Shown here in pieces: positions 35,687-47,700 of a stretch of 64,000 nt of DNA. This DNA comes from Malacoraja senta (lineage: Eukaryota). Position 1 is the first letter of the stretch. Each line of letters opens with the position of its first letter. The notes below the pieces were generated by a model. It worked only from the letters and a program-made list of their open reading frames with translations. It did not search any database and was not told where the DNA came from. The stretch covers positions 14,570,001 through 14,634,000 of the forward strand of contig CM075985.1 of NCBI GenBank assembly GCA_038087875.1, read 5' to 3'. The position numbers were made by a program, and so were the translations under genes.

Positions 35687-35775
35687 CAAAAACGTGATCG
35701 AACTATTGAAGAATTGAAAACAGAAAAACTGAATTTACATGACTCCACGAAGAAGCATAAACATATGCTGGTTGG
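35687..35775 (+). CDS. CCDC146: CCDC146 exon ([29 protein letters not shown])
   Basis: taaaag/gtaaga boundaries, 89 nt, phase 0-2, fits the next exon. Confidence 0.8.
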
Positions 35776-38700
35776 GTAAGAATGCTGATTATATATTTAT
35801 ATATATATATATATATTTTTCCTATTTATGTTTTATTTTCTTAGAAACTGTCTTTCAGGTGTATTTGTTTTACCACAAAAAACTTCAATAAATATTGTGA
35901 TGGGCAGCAATTAAAATACTGCACAGGTAATCCAGCGGTCCCGATAACCAGGAGTCCATCGTTCAAAATCTAATATGCCAACTGTGCAATTTAGATTCAG
36001 TTAATTCTGTGGAATTTGGAACAAGTGCTCTCAGTAACATTAACTACAAAAACTACTGGGTTGTCATAAAAAGGCATATGGTTCATTGGTGCCTTTCAGG
36101 AGAGGAAATCTACTGTCCTTACACAGTCTGGCCTATACATGGCTCAAGATGTTTCACATGTGGTTGACTCTCTTCCAGCTCTGGGGTAATATTGCTACAG
36201 AATGGATATTGCAATAATTGGGTGCTGGGGGATGATAGTGTGGAGAATGCTTCCAGGACATTGGAGGGATCTGCACAGACTGGTGGAGAGCAGTGCCTGT
36301 AGAAGGCATGCATTTTGCCTTCAGACATCATGGCAACCCTCCAGGGCTTCAATCAGGTGCTCCTGTCAGGAGGCTCTAAGGACATGTGTGTACCATTTAG
36401 GAAAGGTGGCAATGGAGCAAATGTCTTTGCCTGCTTTTTCTGCATTAAACAAAAACACAAAATGCTGAAAATCTGATGTGGAATGGGAAGATAACAAGAG
36501 TATATGTCCATAGTAAAGGTGAGTCCATTGGGACCAGGAATTTGGAAATTGTCAAAATTGTGGAGTGCATTGGAGCTATCAAGATATAAGTGAAAAGAAG
36601 CTGGACACGAGGAGGACGGGCAGAGTCAAGGGAGGAAGAAGTAAGTTTGGTGGGGCAAGAACAGGCTGATATTTCACTAGTGAGTCAGGATTTTGTGTGA
36701 CCTTCCTCATGCAGCAATGAACAACAAAATAGGAGACGTGGCAGAGACCAGTGTCAGCAGCCTGAAGTAATCCTGAGGCTCAGGAGCTGATAGTAAATAT
36801 GATCTTGATCTTCACAAGCAATGTATTCCAGGCTGACTCTGTACATTACAAGACATCATAGATCTTAGTGAGAGTAAAGAATGAAGTTTGAGTGTTGACC
36901 CTTTAAATTGTCTTGCTTTCAGAGGAATCTGGGTTAGCATGACCTGGCTGTTCTGTAAGTAAATAATAACTAATTTTTCTGGCCAATTAAATTGTAAATC
37001 TCACTGTAACAGAAATGTCCATGGTGAAAACTGCTCATGAGAGTAAGGAAGGTTTGCAAGAAAGATGCAAGAGCAAATGAATATACTGGCAAAATAAATC
37101 AACTTTTCTGATGGGTACTAAGTGATGCAGAAATATGCATAAAATCTCTATTTGAGGATAACCTCATTTTCAAATGCACAGCACTATTTTTATTTGAAGT
37201 TGTCTGAACTTCAAGAATGCTGTGAATTAACTATTTCCTAATTTATATGCTTTTATGTTAGATTTATTAAAATAAAACATATTCCAATCATAACTAGTTA
37301 CCTACACAGTAAATGATAGAGCCTTGGACAGTGTTGCAGAACAGAGAGATCTAAGAGTACATGCGCACAGTTCCCTAACAGTGGCAAGTCAGATGGACTT
37401 TGAGTGAACAAAAGAATGTTTGGCTGCTTCCCTGCAATGGGAGGGGTATGAAGTACTAAAGTTGGCACATCATGATGCAGCTATACATTCGTTGGATAGA
37501 CCACACTTGGAGTACTGTGTGCAGATCTGGTTTCCCAGCTGTAGGAACAATTTCAATGTTGGATTGCAACATTCAATATTTATTTCTGCTCTGCACCACT
37601 ATATAAGAACACAATAGTAACAATCTAAATGCATGTCAAATCATACAGCAAGTGACCTATGTAGATTTGAATAGGTACTTTCAGAAGAGTATTACTAAAG
37701 TCAATTTGTAAACAGTCTAAGTCTAAAAGACACTGCAGATGCTGGAACAAAAACAAAATTCCGGAGGACCTCAGCAGGCCAGGCAGCATCTGTGGAAGGA
37801 AATGGTCAGGTGATGTTTTGGGTCGTGATCCTTCTTCAGACTGAAAATAACTTTCTGCATTAATTTTCTCAAAAGGAAATTATGCTTGTCATTTGACAGT
37901 CTAACCAAAGGAAAATATTGTGCTCTTTTTTATTGTAGCATAAAGAATTTTACTAAAATCTATCAGATCATCAAAAATGAGAGAAACAAGTATGTCAACC
38001 TCATACAAAGTGCAGCACAGGAATCTGCAGAAGAGCGAGAGAAGATCAAGATTCTACAGAATGAAACTGAGATTCTTAGAACCACTACATTGGTCAAAGA
38101 CAGGTACATTTGAAATAAGATCTAAAGTAAAAAGGAACTATTATGCAGAATGGTGCATTACTGTGAACTAAAAACAAGAATTCATAATTTACAAGCAAAA
38201 TCTAATTGTGTGTATTTGGGAAATCTCTGTGAATGATTTGTGGTCTTCCGATGTTGTCATGTTTTTACTTTGCATGTAAGTTACAGTTTTGAATATATTT
38301 TATATAATCTGAAATATCTATCAATCTAAATTAAAATATGATTTATTTTAATCATTGTTGCAAAAGTACAGAGAAATCTTCCATTGTTCATCCCTGATGT
38401 ATCCATCCATCATTGTGCTGGAAGAATATATCATTGAGAATAATCAGTGAGACTTACATTTATTGAATTAATAGGGCCAGAATTGAGGCCCTCTCCACTA
38501 TTTAATGATTAACTAAAATAAACTTTAGAGCACATGATAAATCAACTGCAGCACATTAGCAGTGTTCCATGCCTTGACACCATGTTTATAACCAGACTCA
38601 ATTTGAAAATGGTGGTTAGAGCCGCTGATTATTTTCTCCCTTTTAAGAGCATAGCATAACTTAACTTGGGCTCGGCAATGTATCAACTTTGAAAGCTGTT

Positions 38701-41700
38701 AGACCTCGCTATTACTCTGTTTATATGTTCATCATAACTAATACTTAACACTTTTCAGTCTTAACTTCAGTGTCCAAATACAAAGTATTAATTTAGAACT
38801 GTGATCATATTTTGTAAGAGGTGCTATCCTTTAGCTGTTTCATGAGCTGCATTTTTTCCCATGCATTCCTTTCTTATTCGTTCATGGAAACATGGACATT
38901 GTTGGAAAGACTAGCATTTTTTACACATTGATCTTGACAATTTCCCAACTGCTAATGCATCAGTAGAAGTACATCCAGATTGATATATACAGTAACTGTT
39001 CCATATACACACCCTCTCTCGGAGATCGACAATCTTTGTAACTAATCTAATTCATCTGCTATCAACCTGCATTCTCTTTGCCATCCTAATTTTCTCTTTA
39101 ATTTTACATACATTTTATATATTTAGCTAGACATTTGGCAGCAGTTACCTCTTGTTATCTATTTTAAGCTTCTCTTTTCAAGTTATCCTATCCTGTTTGC
39201 TCCTCAACTTCCAGCAGGCTTCGTGGGAACATAAATAGATACATAGATACATAGAAAATAGGTGCAGGAGTAGGCCATTCGGCCCTTCGAGCCTGGCTGA
39301 TCATCCAACTCAGTATCCCGTACCTGCCTTCTCTCCATACCCCCTGATCCCTTTAGCCACAAGGGCCACATCTAACTCCCTCTTAAATATAGCCAATGAA
39401 CTGGCCTCAACTACCCTCTGTGGCAGAGAGTTCCAGAGATTCACCACTCTCTGTGTGAAAAAGTTTTTTCTCATCTCGGTCTTAAAGGATTTCCCCCTTA
39501 TCCTTAAGCTGTGACCCCTTGTCCTGGACTTCCCCAACATCGGGAACAATCTTCCTGCATCTAGCCTGTCCAACCCCATAAGAATGTTGTACGTTTCTAT
39601 AAGATCCCCTCTCAATCTCCTAAATTCTAGCGAGTATAAGCCAAGTCTATCCAGTCTTTCTTCATATGAAAGTCCAGATATCCCAGGAATCAATCTGGTG
39701 AACCTTCTCTGCACTCCCTCTATGGCTATAATGTCCTTCCTCAGATTTGGAGACCGAAAACTGTACGCAATACTCCAGGTGCGGTCTCACCAAGACCCTG
39801 TACAACTCCCTGCTCCTATACTCAAATCCTTTTGCTATGAAAGCTAACATACCATTCGCTTTCTTCACTGCCTGCTGCACCTGCATGCCTACTTTCAATG
39901 ACTGGTGTACCATGACACCCAGGTCTCGCTGCATCTCCCCTTTTCCTAATCGGCCACCATTTAGATAATAGTCTGCTTTCCTGTTTTTGCCACCAAAGTG
40001 GATAACATCACATTTATCCACATTATACTGCATCTGCCAAACATTTGCCCACTCACCCAGCCTATCCAAGTCACCTTGCAGTCTCCTAGCATCCTCCTCA
40101 CAGCTAACATTGCCCCCCAGCTTAGTGTCATCCGCAAACTTGGAGATGTTGCCTTCAATTCCCTCAACCAGATCATTAATATAAATTGTAAATGTGTACC
40201 CTCACTAAATGTGTACCCTCACTAAATGTGTACCCTCACTGACTCTGAACATCTCCCACTTCTCTGACAATGATTTACCTTCATGTATCTAGTTCCCGTC
40301 CGCCTCTGTTAAATCACGGCCCAAAATTTCCCAGATGTGACTCACCACCTGCTTTCCTTGTTCTCATACCTGCTGGATCCACACATACTTGGCACAAATA
40401 TTCAAAATTCATCTTTGCACCAAGAATCCAGCTTTATCTCACTCCCTCACTTAAATAAATTGATGGACTGGCTATCGCAATACTACCCCCTGTGAAGCAA
40501 AGTGACATGATGAAAGTGAAATAGCAGCAGCTGAGGTTGTAGGTATTTTTATTCATTCAAATCTGAGGATAAAACCTACGAACTGAAGATAATCATTGTG
40601 GTTAGGTCATGCTATATCTCTTGAACATGTTCCCCATTCACATCCCCTTTCAGAGGTGAAACAACAATTGAAGCATGTCCAGTTTCAACCGCTGTTGATA
40701 AAAAGTGAAGTAAGAAATGCTGTCAATTAAAGAGAAATAGATAAATATTAGGAACATTTTCGTATTACCCAGTCACATTCAAACAAGTTCATTTGAGGTA
40801 CAAACCTGGTGTGAATGCCAATTCCCTCAATTCATATCAACTCTACTAAAATTAAAAACAATAATTAATGTGCCTTCAATAATGGTTGATCATTCAATTA
40901 TTACTATGAAATTGAAATTCCTCTTCCATTTTCCCATACTCTGGAATGTTCATAGTTTTATTTGTAATTAGCATTTTTGTAATCATTGAAGTATATTTAA
41001 CATCCAGCCCAGAATTGACTGTCTATTTTTGGAAATATGATTACAACTTAAATACAATGTGACTTGCATTGCCTCAAGTAGAGAATAAAAGGACTCTTTA
41101 TTTGTTACATATACAATTTTGTAATGAAAATGTTCTACTGGGTGCATATTTTTGCTGGTTTGAAAACAAATACAATTATTTGACTTCTGTATTGGTGCTG
41201 CCACACACCATATTCATTGCCACTCCACCTTTACCTGCAAAATTTATTTTTGTGTTCAAACAAATTTCAAAAGCACCAGGTGGAAGCGAAAGGTATTTAT
41301 TAAACACCAACACAAAATTATATATTACTTAGCACCCTAACTGTTCAAGTAGACATTAGATGTGAATTAAAATTAAGTAAATGATTCATATGTATGATTT
41401 AATTTTATTTCCACTACAGTCAGCTGCAAAAATATAAGCTAAAGCATTCAAACAACTATGTCATTAGGGACAGCCTGAGGAGGGCTATTTGCAAATTGGA
41501 CCAAGTACTTCGACAATTGGGAGAAAAGAGAGAAGGACAAAAGATAAAAATTGTCAAACTTAGTGGTCTGATTAACCAGGCTGAAGAGGATATGATAAAG
41601 CTACGGAAAAAATATGAGTCTATTGTTCAGAATCGCAATGAAAGGTAATTTGTCAAAAGACTTGTCAAAGTTTATATGGTTATTGATATTTTTAATAGTT

Positions 41701-44700
41701 GACATCAAGAAAAATAAAAGATAGGAAACATTGACATTGTTGACTAGAAAATGTGGTATGCCTCCTATTTGGAGACCTGCTGAGTGGTACCAAGTGTTTT
41801 TGGTAAATTAATAGCTCTCGGAGGGGAGCAGTCTGATGCAAGTTAAACATTAGGAGTTCTTGGTAGAAATTACAAAAATATAATCAAAGTGTCAGAGGAA
41901 TTTTAAAGAGGAACTTGTGTACAAATGTACTATCGTATTTCATAAAAAACCATTTCCTTCCCTTTTCTTACTAAGTATTTTCATCTGCCAGTAACATGTG
42001 GCTTGTTTGCTGCCTGTGTTCATAAAGTATTTAATAGATTATACACATATACTTTTCTTCAAGATATCTCCCACAGACCAACACAATTTGTATTACAAAC
42101 CACATTATATGACAGAAAGCACACTAATTCCAGTTAGTGATTAGATACCTGTACGGTATGGATTTATGCTCCAGAAGCAAGTTTATTGAAATCATATCTG
42201 ACAATTTACATTGCTGCATGGACTGAAAAATGTAATGTCAGAACATTATTCCCTTTATCATGTATTTGTACGCTGTGGATGTCTCGATTATAATCATGTA
42301 TTGTCTTTCCGCTGACTGGTTAGCACGCAACAAAAGCTTTTCACTGTACCTCAGTACATGTGACAATAAACTAAACTAAATAAAATAAAATAAATGGTAG
42401 ATAGAGTTTAACCCAGGCAAATGTGAGGTGATGCATTAATGAGGCAAGGACATGTTACGTTCCATCCTATTTCCCCATATCAGAGATAAATAAAACTAAA
42501 GGACATAGGTTTAAAGTAAGGAGGAATAAATTCAGAGAAGATGTGAGGGGACCTGTCTTCATATACACCTGGAGTGTACTGCCTGAAACAGTGGTTGAGG
42601 CTGGGTTGCTTACAGCATTTAAGATGTGTTTCAATGAACACTTAAATTGGTTAAGCATCATGGACTATGGACCAAGCGCTGGGCGTTAGGTTTAGTAGGG
42701 AAGGTGCCACGGGTCATCATTGATGAGTTTGGCCAAATGGTCTGTTTTCATGCTGTACAATTATACGATTTATCGATAAAGGAGTTTGGATTCCTAGCAG
42801 CAGGGTCAAAAGCAACAAAAAGCCCACATCAGATGAAGTGTCGTAAAATGAGTCCCACCGATGAAACAACTGAAGAAAATTTGTTGAACAGTTAATCTAG
42901 TTTAACTGTGAAAAGAAATTACTGTAACCCGCATTCAGTAACATTCAAAGCTATTAAAAAACAATTAAATAATTGCAAAGATATTCTAAATTATACAAAA
43001 CAAAAATATAAAGAATGTGTTTAACAAAATCAAATGCAAAAAAATGTAAATTATCTAATATCAAGATTTCCTTCATGGCCTTTCTATTGCATTCATATAA
43101 ACAGAGACAGTTCTTGCAAGGGATCTTGCCTCACTGTAATTTCCTGGACATGTTCAAAAATTATGTGCTGGAAAATTGGTACAACTCTCCACTCTGTAGT
43201 AGGGCTCTATAAGGATTCCAATGTTGGAGCAAAAGTGGAAAATTAGCAGTGAAGAGTTGGAATTCCTTGTTAGTGTGCTCTTTTGCAGGGATCCAGAACT
43301 GGGTGGTACTTATGCAGGTAAATCCTGGCAGTTTTTCGCGGAAGAACATAAAATATCACAACCGTACACAGACTACTAAGGAATGCTGCATTTGGCTCCA
43401 TAAATCAGTAAACCTTTTTTTAAAAATCATCCCAGAGCATTGCCATAAGAGACAAATATTTTTGAATATATTATATTGCATTTTTTTCATGTGCGCCAAA
43501 CTGAACAAATGAGAGTGGGAGGACTTCGTAAACAAAAACCTGATGCAGTGTAATTGTCTTTTTGTTTTGTTTACAGAGGAATACAATTAATTGAACGGGA
43601 GGAAGAGGTTTGTATTTTCTATGAGAAGTTAAGCATTCAGGATTCATTGATAAGTAATGGAGATGTGGAGTTACATAGTACTGAGGAAGAAAAACGGATT
43701 TTGAAAATTCAACTGGCAGAAGAAACAAGAAAGATTCAAAATTTGCGCAAAGATATACCATGTAAACAGGAAATGGTGAAACATTTGGCCATATTACAGA
43801 GAGAGGTAAGAAAAGATTGGTATTGGTTTATTATAGACATTGTCATGTGTACCAAGATACAGTGAAAAACTTTAATTGCCTGCTATCCAGTCAAAATGTA
43901 CTATAAATGTGTACAATCAAACCATACACAAGTACAACAGGTAGTGCAAAGAGAAAAATACCAGGATGCAGAATATAATGTTACAGAACAATAGCGTTGT
44001 AGTTATAGAGAAAGTGCAGATCAGGACTACATTCCTAGCTGATGATAAGACCATTCAGAAGTCTGATACTGGTGGGGAAGAAACTATCTGAATCTGGTGC
44101 TTGATATGTGCTTTCAAACTTTTGCATCTTCTGCCCTATGGAAAGGGGAATGGCCTGGGTTCTAGTGGTCCTTGATTATGCTGGCTGCTTTCCAGACACA
44201 GCATGAGGTGTAGGTGGAGTCAATGGGGAGGGGTAGGGGAGGTTGGTTCGTTTAGTAGACTTGGCTACATCCATAACTCTCTGTAATTTCTTACCGTCTT
44301 GGGCACAATTACTTCTAAACCAAACCGTGATGCATCCTGATAGGTTGCTTTCTATGGTACATCTGTAGAAGTTGGTAAGAGTCGTTGAAGACATAGTGGA
44401 CCTCCTTAGTCTTCTGAGAAAGTAGAAGCCTTGGTACATTTTCTCGGCTGTAGCTTCAATGCTATTCGTCTGAGATAGATTGCTGATGATATTTACACTG
44501 AGGAACTTGAAGCTCCTGACCATCTTCATTTTAGCACCATTGATGCTGTGGAGTATTTTCATCATCTTGTTTCTGGAAGCCAATAACTCCATCATCATGC
44601 TGACATTGAGGATGAGGTTGTTGTCTTGACACCATGTTACTAAGCTCTCTATTTCCTTCCTGTACTCCGTCTTGTATTTGTTTGAAATCTAATCCACCAC

Positions 44701-47700
44701 AGTAGTATCATAGAAACAGACCCTTTGGTCCAACATATTCATGCCGACCAAGATGCCGCATGTAAGATCATTTCCCTCTATCCGTCTAAGCCCATATCCT
44801 AAAAACCTTTCCTATCCACGTACCTGTATAAATATTTTTTAAATGCTGTTATTTGAGCTGTCTCAACTACTTCCTCTGGCAGCTTATTCCATATACACAC
44901 CACCTTCTGTTGCTCCTAAGAATCTTATTAAATCTTTCTCCTATGGCCTCTGGCTCTTGATTCCCCTATTTAGCACTTTTTTTTAGACAAAAAGATGCTG
45001 GTACACGCCTTTAATAAACATATGTATAAAGTGGCCTGAAAATAAAATAATGATGTTTAACTTTTTAGAGGTCAAAAAAAGCACTGGCCCAACCCTGGGA
45101 ATAAGACTGTGCATTCATCCTATTATCATGGAGTCCTAGTAACATTTTCATAAATCCTCTCTGCACTCTTTCCAACTTAATGGCATCTTTCCAATAGTAG
45201 AGTGACCAAAGTTGAATGCAATACTCTAAGAGCAGCCTCACCAACATCGTGTACAACTATAACATAACGTCCCAATTTCTATACTCAAATCCCTGATTGA
45301 TGAAGGTCAGCAAACCTAAACCCTTGTTCAACACCCTATCTACCCTGCAGTTCCATTTTCAGGCAACTGTGTATATAATAATAATAATAATAGATTTTAT
45401 TTATATAGCGCTACTCCTAGATCTCTCAGTGCGACAACATTTCTCAGGACCCTACAGTTCACAGTTAAAGGACCTGCCCTGGTTTGACTTTCCAAAATGC
45501 AATATCTCACAGTTATCTGAATTAAACTCCATTAGTCATTCCTCAATCCACTTTCCCAGCTGATCGAGATCCCTCTGTAATTCTTGAGAACCATCTTCAC
45601 TGTCTACAATAGCAATATTCGACAATTGGGAGAAAAGAAAGAAGGACAAAAGATAAAAATTGTCAAACTTATTGGTCTGATTAACCAGGCTGAAGAGGAT
45701 ATGATAAAGCTACGGAAAAAATATGTCTATTGTTCAGAATCGCAATGAAAGGTAATTTGTCAAAAGACTTGTCAAAGTTTATATGGTTATTGATATTTTT
45801 AATAGTTGACATCAAGAAAAATAAAAGAGAGGAAACATTGACATTGTTGACTAGAAAATGTGGTATGCCTCCTATTTGGTTAGACCTGCTGAGTGGTACC
45901 AAGTGTTTTTGGTAAATTAATAGCTCTAGGAGGGGAGCAGTCTGATGCAAGTTAAACATTAGGAGTTCTTGGTAGAAATTACAAAAATATAATCAAAGTG
46001 TCAGAAGAATTTTACAGAGGAAATTGTGTACAAATGTACTATCGTATTTCATAAAACCCCATTTCCTTCCCTTTTCTTACTAAGTATTTTAATCTGCCAG
46101 TAAAACATGTGGCTTGTTTGCTGCCTGTAGTTCATAAAGTATTTAATAGATTATACACATATACTTTTCTTCAAGATATCTCCCACAGACCATATAAATA
46201 TATGTATAAAGTGGCCTGAAAATAAAATAATGATGTTTAACTTTTTAGAGGTAAAAAAAAGCACTGACCCAACCCTGGGAATAAGACTGTGCATTCATCC
46301 TATTATCATGGAGTCCTAGTAACATTTTCATAAATCCTCTCTGCACTCTTTCCAACTTAATGGCATCTTTCCAATAGTAGAGTGAACAAAGTTGAATGCA
46401 ATACTCTAAGAGCAGCCTCACCAACATCGTGTACAACTATAACATAACGTCCCAATTTCTATACTCAAATCCCTGATTGATGAAGGTCAGCAAACCTAAA
46501 CCCTTGTTCAACACCCTATCTACCCTGCAGTTCCATTTTCAGGCAACTGTGTATATAATAATAATAATAATAGATTTTATTTATATAGCGCTACTCCTAG
46601 ATCTCTCAGTGCGACAACATTTCTCAGGACCCTACAGTTCACAGTTAAAGGACCTGCCCTGGTTTGACTTTCCAAAATGCAATATCTCACAGTTATCTGA
46701 ATTAAACTCCATTAGTCATTCCTCAATCCACTTTCCCAGCTGATCGAGATCCCTCTGTAATTCTTGAGAACCATCTTCACTGTCTACAATAGCAATATTC
46801 GACAATTGGGAGAAAAGAAAGAAGGACAAAAGATAAAAATTGTCAAACTTATTGGTCTGATTAACCAGGCTGAAGAGGATATGATAAAGCTACGGAAAAA
46901 ATATGTCTATTGTTCAGAATCGCAATGAAAGGTAATTTGTCAAAAGACTTGTCAAAGTTTATATGGTTATTGATATTTTTAATAGTTGACATCAAGAAAA
47001 ATAAAAGAGAGGAAACATTGACATTGTTGACTAGAAAATGTGGTATGCCTCCTATTTGGTTAGACCTGCTGAGTGGTACCAAGTGTTTTTGGTAAATTAA
47101 TAGCTCTAGGAGGGGAGCAGTCTGATGCAAGTTAAACATTAGGAGTTCTTGGTAGAAATTACAAAAATATAATCAAAGTGTCAGAAGAATTTTACAGAGG
47201 AAATTGTGTACAAATGTACTATCGTATTTCATAAAACCCCATTTCCTTCCCTTTTCTTACTAAGTATTTTAATCTGCCAGTAACATGTGGCTTGTTTGCT
47301 GCCTGTAGTTCATAAAGTATTTAATAGATTATACACATATACTTTTCTTCAAGATATCTCCCACAGACCATATAAACATATGTATAAAGTGGCCTGAAAA
47401 TAAAATAATGATGTTTAACTTTTTAGAGGTCAAAAAAAGCACTGACCCAACCCTGGGAATAAGACTGTGCATTCATCCTATTATCATGGAGTCCTAGTAA
47501 CATTTTCATAAATCCTCTCTGCACTCTTTCCAACTTAATGGCATCTTTCCTATAGTAGAGTGACCAAAGCTGAATGCAATACTCTAAGAGCAGCCTCACC
47601 AACATCGTGTACAACTATAACATAACGTCCCAATTTCTATACTCAAATCCCTGATTGATGAAGGTCAGCAAGCCTAAACCCTTGTTCAACACCCTATCTA

